From: Isurus oxyrinchus
Taxonomy: Eukaryota
NCBI GenBank assembly: GCA_026770705.1
Contig: JANJGN010000009.1
Location: 122,636,001 to 122,700,000 of the forward strand
Direction of reading: 5' to 3'
Length of the DNA: 64,000 nt
Made by a program: the position numbers and the translations under genes. Positions 14,291 to 24,897 of this stretch are shown here, in pieces (position 1 is the first letter of the stretch; every line of letters starts with the position of its first letter). A model generated the notes under the pieces. The model was given only the letters and a program-made list of their open reading frames with translations. It searched no databases and was not told the origin of the DNA.

Positions 14291-15999
14291 CTGCCACAAA
14301 GGATTATCAGGGTGGATTGCAGGGCAGCATGGATTCTGTACAGGTTTACAGCTCCTGTTTATTTCAGGCTGCACCTATCATAAGCGCACTAATTTCAAGT
14401 TGCTGCAGAACTGGATGCACATTTGCGCATTTGCACAGCATTCCAGACCAGATATTCACATGTGCAGTAGATGAAAAGATCATTATTCGTGCTGACTGTA
14501 ACCAACTCATTGCTAGCACATAATTGGAAAAGTTTCCACCCTCATTGTATTCCTGACTGGATTACTCTGGTCTTTGGTGTACCCTCCCCTAGACTGGCCG
14601 ATCTATAAATACTTACAGGGACAGCTGAAATTATGCAAAGAAATATGAGACCCTCACATTGTCATAAAACAATGCAATAAAGAGTAAGGCACTACAGGAT
14701 ATGGGAATGAAGTCTAAAACTGTAACTGGGTGTTTCCCAGCACTATCAAAATCTTTTGACTGAATATTCCTATGTACTAAGTGCCTCAAGCTTAAGGATA
14801 ATTTGCACCAATTAAATTAATTTCTGGTATCTGAATAACTTTAGAATTAAGTTCCCCTTTATTATTTTGTTCAGATTACTGGAACATTATGGATATGGAA
14901 ATAAAAAGCTGGTGAATCGGAAGAGTATTTCAATTATGGCCAGTCTCAAAGGACAATTCTATCTACAGTTTACCAGCTAACTGCATAGTTTTCCAGTCAC
15001 AGACCTTTTGTTCAAAGTTGTACACTTAACTAGATTTAATAAGCATGTCACCTTTGGTAACACCGTTGTGAATGATCTCCTCTGGTAATGGCTTCATAAA
15101 CAGTGGCAAAAATATTTCAATTGATTGGCACTTCCAGCATAAGCTATGAATATATTCAAAAAGCATCCCGATTAAATTATCTTCACTTACACATAACAGC
15201 CACTGATGCAATGCAGACTCCAGATCCAGAAATCTCACAGTTTTCTCACCTATTACTGACCAAATGCCACCCAGTGAGGGTAAGTGTGACTTGGGTCAAT
15301 AGAGTAAAAAGGGCGATATCAAATCAGTCATCTGTTGTATGGTTCCCTATTTCTATTGACTTCACTGCTGGAGATGAAAATAGAGAAAGATATGCATAAT
15401 GATCTTATTAACTTTAAAGCAAAACCTTTGTTTTAGGTGCTAATATATGTTACTGATTCACTGAAGGATAATAGGTAGCTGAGTTATAGGCTCCAACACA
15501 TTCTAATCAGGCATAGGAAATGTTTTAACCAATGTCAAGTATCAAAGCATAAAAGGTTTGACTGATGAATAGATCTGAAATGGCTGAACCATCAACAGGA
15601 GTCTGTTGTCGAAGTTGTTTCAAACACGCATTGTTTAATGGATTAACAGGTCCTGGGCAAAGAGCTGGTGAGTGAACACTGGCCCTTAGCATGAAAGGCA
15701 AACATCCTTGTATTGGATCTTTGAAATCAATTAAAAGGCAGTCCTTTATTAAAACTTTTTGGTTAGGAATATGTACGCAACTGACTTTTCCATATCTTAC
15801 ATTCAGTTCAGTTTAGTTTCTGGAATAAACATTTGGACTCTGTGGGCTGATACAGAAATTACTACACGGACAGATTATATTGTCAAAACTCAATAAAAGA
15901 TGGCTTAAACCACAAGATCCATAGCAAACTATACAAAAAGCATTTTCTAAAAAAAATGATATTTTCTAAATTTATGTCATGAAGAACATGGAGTGACAA

Positions 16000-16710
16000 T
16001 ATAAAATAAAGAGTGCAGGCACAGAGGGACTTGGGTGTATATGTGCATAAGCCATTGAAGGTGGCAGGACAGGTTAAGGGAGCGATTAATAAAGCATACA
16101 GTATCCTTGGCTTTGTTAATAGGGACGTATACAAGAGCAAGGAGGTTATGTTGAATTTGGACAGGACATTAGTTCAGCCTCAACTGGAGTATTGTGTCCA
16201 GTTCTGGGCACCACACAGTAGGAAAGATGTGAAGGCATTGGAGAGAGTGCAGAAAAGATTCATGAGAATGGTTCCAGGGTTGAGGAATTTCAGTTATGAA
16301 GATAGACTGGAGAAATTGGGACTGTTTTCCCTGGAGAAGAGAAGGCTGAGAGGAGATTTCATAGAGGTATTCAAAATCATGAGGGGTCTGGATAGAGGAG
16401 ATAGGGAGAAATTGCTCCCACTTGTGAAAGGATTGAGAATGAGAGGGCACAGAGTTAAAATAATTGGCAAAAGAAGCAAAAGTGACATGAGGAAAAGCTT
16501 TTTCACGCAGCGAGTGGTTAAGGTCTGGAATGCACTGTCTGAGAATATGGTGGAGGCAGGTTCAATTGAGGTATTCAAAAGGAAGAATGTGCAGCGTTAG
16601 AGAGAGAAGGCGGGGAATGGCATTAGGTGAGTTGCTCATTCGGAGAACCTGTACAGATACAATGGGCTGAATGGCCCCTCTGTTGTAAAAAGTCTGTATA
16701 TCTGTATATT
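16000..16710 (+). mobile_element. CR1 3' fragment
   Basis: 195-aa ORF QRDLGVYVH..LEYCVQFWAPH..FFTQRVVKVWNAL. Confidence 0.92.
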
Positions 16711-18280
16711 TTTAAAATATTTGTATCATCCATGTATTTCAACCCTTACTGCTCTCAGGTAGTTAACCTGAATAGCATCATGCTACTTTTTTAAATAGGT
16801 AAATCTAATTAATGACGTTAGTCTGATTAGAATGGTCTAACAACATGGTATTTAATACAATTTGAATAAACACTATAAGGATGGGGCAATGCACAAGGTT
16901 TCCAGCATATTATACCTTAATTAAGAAATGATTGTTAGTCTTGTGGCATGCTATCCTACTCATGCATCACAAAAGTGCAGGCTTAGGTTCATAGAAGACT
17001 TGGTCTGCTTGTGGAAACCACTTTTTCTGTGAACACTCGTAAATAAAGTATTAGGAAAAAACCCAAACTGAATCCAATAATTTGTTCATTTCAAATAATG
17101 TGATGCCACTTAAAATGGTAAGTAAGTTTCACACTCTGCATTAAGCGTGATAATCTTTGAAGAGTCAAAGCATTAAGTTTTATGAAGATGTGTTGTTCAA
17201 TGTCATTCACCATTAGATTTAATTGGATTCACTTGAACTGGCACTAAACATTTCATTTTTGTTTCCTTTGTGCTTTTTACATTAACCTTGTAGAATTGCA
17301 ACATTTACTTCAGAGGATTAAGGCAGCCATTTTAAAGAAGCATGACAACCAAATGAGGGCCCCATATTCCTTGCTATTCACCAATCTGGAGGCCTTAAAA
17401 TGGTGACTAATCCCAGGTTTCAGACAATTGTTGGCTCTCTTTGTCTGTCACTAACTCCATTGATTACAGCAGCACTGGCCTATGTTTTAGTTCCTATTTG
17501 TTACATCTGAAAATATAGGATTGGTTTAATTGCTGCACCTGGCTGAAACACTACCGTGTTTTGGTGGAACCTTTTCTGATCTTTTTCTCAATATTTCTCA
17601 CCAAGTTGAGTCAAGAAATATATAAGAACAGTTGTAATCTGCCAAAGTGACAGAGCCAATCTTGGTCCGATATCAGGCATCTCACAGAATTGGAGTTCTA
17701 AGGTCAAAATGAAATAGAAGCAGCTGCTGGGGACACTGATGGAATGAAAAGTATATTGCAAAGAAATAGTTGATGAACGGGTTCTGGTATCTTCAACAAT
17801 ATCCAATTGTGATCTGTTGCAGGCCAGAACAAGAATCTCACTCACCAGGCCTACAAGTTATCTTGGTGCTGGCAAAGGATTATACAGAAAATTTTAAAAC
17901 CTTTATTTTTTTTTACAATTATTGATCGATCTGCTCCGTTTATCTTTATCACATGAAAGTGTCACAGATGATAAGCTTCTGTTTCCTATCAACTCTCACC
18001 TTCTTCACCCCTAGGAACATAGGAACAGGAGTAGATCTCCTCAATCTGGTTCTGCCATTCATGAAATCATGGCTAAACTGCAACCTAACTCCATGTACCT
18101 GTTTTTTTCCCTATATCTCTTGATATCTTTGGCTCCTATCAATCTCGCTTTTAAAATTTACAATTTACCTACTATAAATTGCCACTTGTGGTAGAAAGCT
18201 CCAAACTTCTACCACTCTTTGTACATAGAAGTAATTCTTAACTTCACTCCTGAGAGACCTAATTCCAACTTTTAGATTAA

Positions 18281-18556
18281 AGGCAGAATCTTCCATTCTG
18301 GAGGCTAAGTCTGGTGGCAGGAGCAGAAGTTGGAGTGACTACCACTGGAGAATGAGGCAGCTGAATATGGAAGATCTTGTGCTGCTCAGCTCATTAATTA
18401 TGCATTCATGAGGAGCTTGCCAAATCTCATGGCAGGGCGTGAAGGAAGTGGCCCTTAAGACGCCATGAGTATCGAGAGAATAAGACTCCAAACTAATTTC
18501 CCTCCGTAGGAAACTGATTCTAGGCCTTCTGCTAAATCTTGCAGAAGATTCTGCCC
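18281..18556. mobile_element. PIF/Harbinger-type MITE
   Basis: TIRs AGGCAGAATCTTC / GAAGATTCTGCCC (12/13 match); 3-bp flanks TAA/TAT. Confidence 0.75.
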
Positions 18557-19930
18557 TATGTCCTCTAGTTCTTAAGCAGTAGAAGAATGTTTCTCTCTAC
18601 CTACCCAACCTGTTGCCCTTGATATCTTGAAAACTTTGATCAAAACACCCATTAATCTACTAAATTGCAGAAACTACAACACTCATTTGTGTAATCTCCC
18701 TCCATAATTTAACCCTTGGATTCCAGATATCCTTCTGATTAATCTACACTGCACTCCTTCCAAAGTCATGTATCCTTCCGAAGGAAGGTGGTGCCCTGAA
18801 CTGCTCTCAGTACTCTAGGTGTGGTCTAACCAGGGCTTTTATAGTTGTAGCATGACTTCTAGACCCTTATATTCCATTCCCCGAGACATAAAGGTCAGCA
18901 TTTTGACTATTTTCTGTATCTGTCCATTACATTTTAACAATCTATGTATATGATCCCTTAAGTCTCTTTGGACCTCTACTGTTCCTAGCTTTTCACTATT
19001 TAATAAGCACTCTGATCTATCCTTTTAGCAGTCCAAAGTGGATGAGCTCATTTTTTCCTATAATGAAATCCATTTATCAGAGTTTTGCCATTCATTTCAT
19101 CTATTAATAACTCGTTGTTTCCATCTACACTGCTTACAATGTCACTTTTCTTTGTAACATTGGCAAACTTGAATATGTGACTATCTATACCATCATCAAA
19201 GCCATAAATAAATATGGTGAATAGTTAAGGCCTCAACACAGATCCTTGTGGAATGCCACTAGTCGTATTCTGCCAATCAAAGTAACTGTCCATTACCCAA
19301 TAGGCTGGGTTTTCAGGGGAGACACCATGGAGGGGTGAAAATGGCGGTCGGGACCTGGTTCCAGGGTTCCTGACCCCATCCCAGGGTTTCTCATTTTCAG
19401 GAATTTCTTTTAAAGGTGTGGGCTAGTTCACGTCACAAGCCTGCACCTTGCATTCCCAACCATTGTGGGGGCAGGCATGTCCCAGGCCTCAGCAATTTCA
19501 TGGCGTCGGGCTAGGTTTTCATGGCACCTGAGTGAGAATGTTTTTAAAGGTAAGTTCAAAATTTCTTCCTCTTGCCACCCCCACCCCATGCCCAGGTATA
19601 TTCCCCTGCCCCATGACCCCTCATGCCCCCATGCCAAGGTATGCCCCCCACCCAACCCCATTACCCCTCATGCCCCATGCCAAGGTTGCCCCCCAACTAC
19701 CCCCTTCACCCGCCCTGCCCCCATGCTAAGGTATGCTGTCCAGCCATCTCCAATGGCCTTTCATGCCCCTATGTCAAGCTATGGTACTTTCATGATCGTT
19801 CACCCACTGTACACTGTATAGAACCAACAGAGATAAAAACAAAAAAACTGTGGATGCTGGAAATCCAAAACAAAAACAGAATTACCTGGAAAAACTCAGC
19901 AGGTCTGGCAGCATCGGCGGAGAAGAAAAG

Positions 19931-19968
19931 AGTTGACGTTTCGAGTCCTCATGACCCTTCGACAGACT
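19931..19968 (-). ncRNA. Minimal hammerhead ribozyme-like motif, second arm
   Basis: agu-CUGUCGA-A-GGGUC(AUGAG)GACUC-GAAA-CG-UC-aacu. Stem II is intact; stem I has a 1-nt deletion. Confidence 0.65.
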
Positions 19969-20677
19969 TGAGTTCGAGTCCAAGAAAGAGTTGAAATATA
20001 AGCTGGTTTAAGGTGTGCGTGTGGGGGGCGGAGAGAGAGAGAGAGAAGTGGAGGGAGGGGTGTGGTTGTAGGGACAAACAAGCAGTGAAAGAAGCAGATC
20101 ATCAAAAAATGTCAACAACAATAGAACAAAAGAACACATAGGTGTTAAAGTTGGTGATATTATCTAAACGAATGTGCTTATTAAGAATGGATGGTAGGGC
20201 TTCCGACTAGGCACTTTACAGCCTTCCGGACTAAATATTGAATTCAACAACTTTAGATCGTGAGCTCCCTCCCCCATCCCCACCCCCTTTCTGTTTCCCC
20301 CTTCCTTTTTTTTCCAATAAATTATATAGATTTTTCTTTTCCCACCTATTTCCATTATTTTTAAATATCTTAAAATCTTTTATGCTCCCCCCACCCCCAC
20401 TAGAGCTATACCTTGAGTGCCCTACCATCCATTCTTAATTAGCACATTCGCTTAGATAATATCACCAACTTTAACTTTAACACCTATGTGTTCTTTTGTT
20501 CTATTGTTATTGACATCTTTTGATGATCTGCTTCTATCACTGCTTGTTTGTCCCTACAACCACACCCCCCCTCCACTTCTCTCTCTCTCTCTCTCTCCGC
20601 CCCCCCCCCCCACCTCCCCCCCACCCCACACACCTTAAACCAGCTTATATTTTAACTCTTTCTTGGACTCGAAATCA

Positions 20678-20716
20678 AGTTCTGTCGAAGGGTCATGAGG
20701 ACGCGAAACGTCAACT
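20678..20716 (+). ncRNA. Minimal type I hammerhead ribozyme-like motif (PLE-associated)
   Basis: AGUU-CUGUCGA-A-GGGUC(AUGAG)GACGC-GAAA-CG-UC-AACU: stem I, core, stem II (one mismatch), and a palindromic ACGU in place of stem III. Confidence 0.7.
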
Positions 20717-21763
20717 CTTTTCTTCTCCGCCAATGCTGCCAGACCTGCTGAGTTTTTCCAGATAGAACCAACAGACCCCATTGTGACAATAGGATGCGTT
20801 AAAAAAGCTTTAAAAATATAATTCATAAAAATTACTACAGGCCAATAAAATGTTTATCACCCACACCCCTTAAAGTATCAAAACAGAAACTGCAAGCACT
20901 TGAAGCCTCTTTATCGTGTGTAAATGAACACTGTGAAGTTGACAGGAGCGATCAGAGACCCTGAGCTGTCAATCAAGCAAAGTTTTCCCTGGGACTCACA
21001 TGTTTCAGTATTCCACTGGATTTCTGGGCTCTCGGCCGAGCCTCATTATGCATTCTTGGCTGAGAGCCCAGGCATCTATTGGAATATTAAAACACCAGAG
21101 CCCCAGGGAAAACTTTGCTTGATTAACAACTTTTAAACAGCCTACATCTGCACCCGGCAGTCCCTGTGGCTACCTCGGACCTCTTTTCTGAGTTGGCTGG
21201 CCCAATTGCAACCCACACCCACCACCAACCACCACCCCCGACCCCCACCTCAAACAATGAAAATCCTGTCTTTGCTGGCACTTTCTCCTGAGGTGGGTGG
21301 GCCAAGCATGGGATTTTCCTAATTCCTGCTATCCACCTTGAGGATGAAAATCTGGTCCTCTGTCTCTGACCCCTCAGCCAATTTCTTAACTGGGTCAATA
21401 ATTTGCCTTGCATTCCATAAGCTTTAACTTTAGCTCACTGTGCATTATGAAGGGCTCTATCAATGCCTTTTGTGCATTAATATAAATAACATGCATAGAC
21501 ATTCCCCTGTCCACTACTTTAGTCACCTCTTCAAAAAATTCAGTCAGGTTTATTTATCCCCTTTACAAATCTGCTGGTTCTCTCTGACCAGCTGAAAATG
21601 TTCAAGGTGTTCAGTCATCCTATCCTTAATGATAGAGATCTGATAATGTACTGATAACTGATGTTAAGCTGTTTTTGCCACATCCAAGGCCAATAAAAAT
21701 GGAATTGGGACTGGGCTGGTAAAGCCACTGTCAGCCAGGTAGTAGTAGGTCTCAAAAGACTTT

Positions 21764-22384
21764 GGCCAGAAATTCCCTCCCCTCCTTGGTTGTGGTTGTG
21801 CGTGGACAAGCAGGGGTGGGGGGTGGGGGTGGGGGTGGGGCGGGCACAAACCCGATCGGTGCCCCCAGTTGGGGCCGTTCCACCATTTTATGTGGGCGGG
21901 CCAATTAAGGTCCGCCCACCGTGACACGTGCCTGGAAGCGCTGTGCACCCCCTGTGTGGGGGGTGTGGAATTCCCTGAGTGGTCCCCTTCCGTCTTTCGC
22001 GCATTTGCGCAAAAGAGCACATTGGTGCCTCAGGGAGATTTGTTTCAGTCTTAAACTTTAAAATAAAGGATTTTTAAACTTTTAAAACATGTCCGCTCAC
22101 ATGACACTATCACATGAGCTGGGACATGTCAAAGAATAAATGTATAAATTTTTATTAGATTTTAAAACAGTTCATGAAACCCCATCCCGCCTGTGGATGA
22201 GGCTTCATGAAAAATTCAAAGGCCAAGCCGGCTGCGTGCCCGCCAAACTGACAATCTAAGTGACGTGTGGTGACATCGGGACGCACGCCTGATGTCACTG
22301 CGTGTCATTTTACATGTTGATGAGCAGGCCCCGCCCCTCACACACCAACGGAACTCTTGACTCGCAAGAGAAAAAAAATCAGCC
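21764..22384 (-). mobile_element. Harbinger-derived MITE related to 44901-49693
   Basis: Ends ggccagaaatt / aaaatcagcc. The segment 22170-22330 is the reverse-complement homologue of 44950-45200. Confidence 0.7.
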
Positions 22385-24264
22385 ATGGTTTCCTGCTAGG
22401 GTTGTGGATACTGAGGCAGAACTGGATTAGCTGTTGCTCTGTTCATTTTGCTTCATTAGAACTTTTATCAGGCATCTTATTATCGTTGCTTTAAGTGTAA
22501 AGGGGATTGGAAAAGGTTGGAGAAACTCAATGTATACCGTACAAAAAAGCTGGGATGTTATTGAAATATGTTAAATATTAAATGATAGATCCAGCTCATT
22601 GCCTTCAAATAAGTCAGAGAAGTAGACCTCAGGGCATAAATTTAAATGAGTGAAAAGTAAATTTAAACAGATAGTGGGAAAGATTTTACTATTCAAAGAG
22701 CAATGAAAATATCTAGAATAATCTGCATTAATTGAAGCAAGCTTTAGGGATATTAAAAGTGCAGTTGGACACACACAGGGCAGGACTACAGCATCAGATG
22801 GATGAACTCCAGTGAGCAGGATACCCTTTCCCTAGCCTCAACTTAATTTATAGTTCAAAATGGCAGCCAGATTTCATCAGTTAGAAGGCACCATTTTACA
22901 AGTTTAGAAAGCATTCTCAGTGTAAAAGGAGGTGTCTGAAATGTGAACTGCACATCCTCTACCCTGTTTCCATTGCAATTGTCAATAGTTAAGAACCCAA
23001 GACCGTAGCATCAATGCTTTCTTTAAATTAAGAACTTTCACAGCAGCCTAATTGTTTTAAAGTAAAATATTGTTTTCTCATAAAATATGTTAAATTCTAG
23101 TAACTTTCTAGTGAGGATATTTACCTCAGCAGAAAGTGCATTCTCCCAACTCCCTCCCATACAAGTACTCAGCTTCAAGTTGGAGCATCAGATGAGTGTC
23201 AGATAGCTGCTCTCAGTATAGTTATGAACACTTCTGAGTACTGTTATAAACTTAATAGAGCCCCTGCAAAATATGCACAGTGTCACTAAAGGTTTTCAGC
23301 ATGGTAGAAAAAGAATCACACTTCAGTCAATGCATTTTAATGTTCTGTAGTGTGTTTCTCATGTAATTAATCACCAGAAATTGTTCTCACTCCCATTAGG
23401 GATAAACCTGAAAGCACCAATGGCTCAACTCAAAATGTTCTCAATCTGATTAGGAAAACCAATAATTGTATCATTGATTAATTTTTAAATTATTTAAATA
23501 TGTAACCATCTGTAACATATAAAAAGTTTTGTCGGTGCACACTTATTATCCAAAAAAATCTGTTATATTTTTGTCACAGTTTTATGTCAACTTTTAAATT
23601 TCTATGCCCATTTTTATAATAGAAACTGTTTATGTAAACTCATCTTAACTAAATCCTCCACTAGTGGTTATGCTGTACCATCTCAGCATTTTGCAGTTCA
23701 TCAGTTTGGATTACAGAGAGATACTATTCTAAGTCCCCCACATTTTGTGATTTAGCTATAAATAACATAGAATCAATGTATGTAAGATAAAGACTTGTAT
23801 AATTTTAAAATAGAGACTGAATTCAATGCACCCTATTGCAATTATCCCTCACCTCCTAATCCTATTTCACCTGAAGATGACACTTGATCTTGACACTCTG
23901 TATGCAATACCATAGAAAGCTGATAAGTATCAACAAAAAAATATTTAGACTTCCTATTTGTGGTACTGTTTTCCTGTTGTCGTCGTTCAGTAATGCATTT
24001 GTGGCATTGGTAAGGCCTAAAGCGTGGCTAAGCCAAAGGCTCAGTCCCTCTATTCCAATGAATTGCAAATGTTGACACAATGGTACAAGAATCAATAAAA
24101 CATTAACCGACTAACAATGTTGACAACACCACTGTTACCTTTCCTTACCTTTTGTAAATCAATAAAAGCAAACAAGAGTGCCAGAGCAACAATGCACTGG
24201 GGAGAAATGAAGAGAAACATCAACAATGTGGCAACCCCCTCAAATTTGGGAAAATGTCAGAATG

Positions 24265-24274
24265 CCTCACCTTT
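24265..24274 (-). other. APOBEC2: Splice donor 4 nt after the stop codon (3'UTR intron)
   Basis: TAG AAAG|GTGAGG. Consistent with the non-coding last exon of mammalian APOBEC2. Confidence 0.7.
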
Positions 24275-24809
24275 CTAGGCATGATGTAGAATTTCATTTA
24301 GTCTTCCTTCGTAAAATGTGCTGCTGTCTTGAAGGTCTTCCCAAGGTGCAAAAGCCTCCCCCTCGTTGTCGACATAGGTGTTCCAGCAATAATTATATTC
24401 TGGAGACTTCATGATCCTCAATCGACAACCGGCCGCATGCAGCTGCCGCAGGCCCTGCTGGATCTCAGCCTCCTCCCACATGAATAAGCGGGCTATGAAG
24501 ATGGTAAGTCGAACGTTGGGACACTTGCTCAGGTACTCAGCGATTTTGGAAGCACAGACGGCACAAGGACTGGAGGACACGTACCAAATGATGGAGTAGC
24601 TCAGGCTGCCATCACACTTCATGAAGACATCTGTGAAAAAGACATTTTCTGCATGTGTGCTTGCATGCTCATCCTCCACGTATCCCTCCAACCTCTCACA
24701 ATCTGTGCCCTTTTTCTCCACTGAATAGCATAAGAAGGTTTTGTTCCGTCCTGAAGAATATTCTACATTTTTGAACTGGAATTTGAAGAAAGGGGATGGC
24801 ATGCGTTGT
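24275..24809 (-). CDS. APOBEC2: APOBEC2 coding exon 2 (cytidine deaminase-fold domain)
   Basis: Contains FFKFQFKNVEYSSGRNKTFLCY, EDEHASTHAE, WYVSSSPCAVC, RLFMWEE and PWED, all characteristic of APOBEC2. Acceptor is ttctttcttttccag|A and the TAG stop is at 24275-24277. Joined CDS is 669 nt = 222 aa. The ORF-track extension to 24874 is intronic. Confidence 0.97.
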
Positions 24810-24897
24810 CTGGAAAAGAAAGAAGCCAATGTCATTGGACATAGAAATATTTTATTTTCTTGCTGCCTCGCCAATGCAGCGCTTATAAAAAGTATAC

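Larger units (their letters stand above)
19832..20761 (+). mobile_element. Penelope-like element, 5'-truncated, with inverted pseudo-LTR
   Basis: 14-bp TSD ATAGAACCAACAGA (19818-19831 and 20762-20775). Inverted arms at about 19886-20200 and 20419-20761. The centre encodes the PLE C-terminus FRLGTLQPSGLNIEFNNFRS*. Confidence 0.88.
19302..21358. mobile_element. Non-autonomous Harbinger-type element hosting a Penelope-like insertion
   Basis: Ends ggctgggttttca / tgaaaatctggtcc. It interrupts the CR1 and contains (ccccatg)n low-complexity sequence at 19570-19730. Confidence 0.6.
18012..21760 (-). mobile_element. Old CR1 split into three pieces (18012-18280, 18557-19300, 21360-21760) by nested insertions
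   Basis: The CR1 sequence is collinear with the 30507-31800 element and resumes after each insertion. Confidence 0.75.

Noticed and set aside
23756-23765. Isolated MEF2-like CTATAAATAA
   Set aside because: A single motif in AT-rich sequence, expected by chance.
24810-24874. N-terminal MARQQENKIF... of the 199-aa ORF as the true APOBEC2 start
   Set aside because: It starts at a non-ATG codon in intronic sequence across a clear acceptor. The real exon 1 is at 41783-41916.
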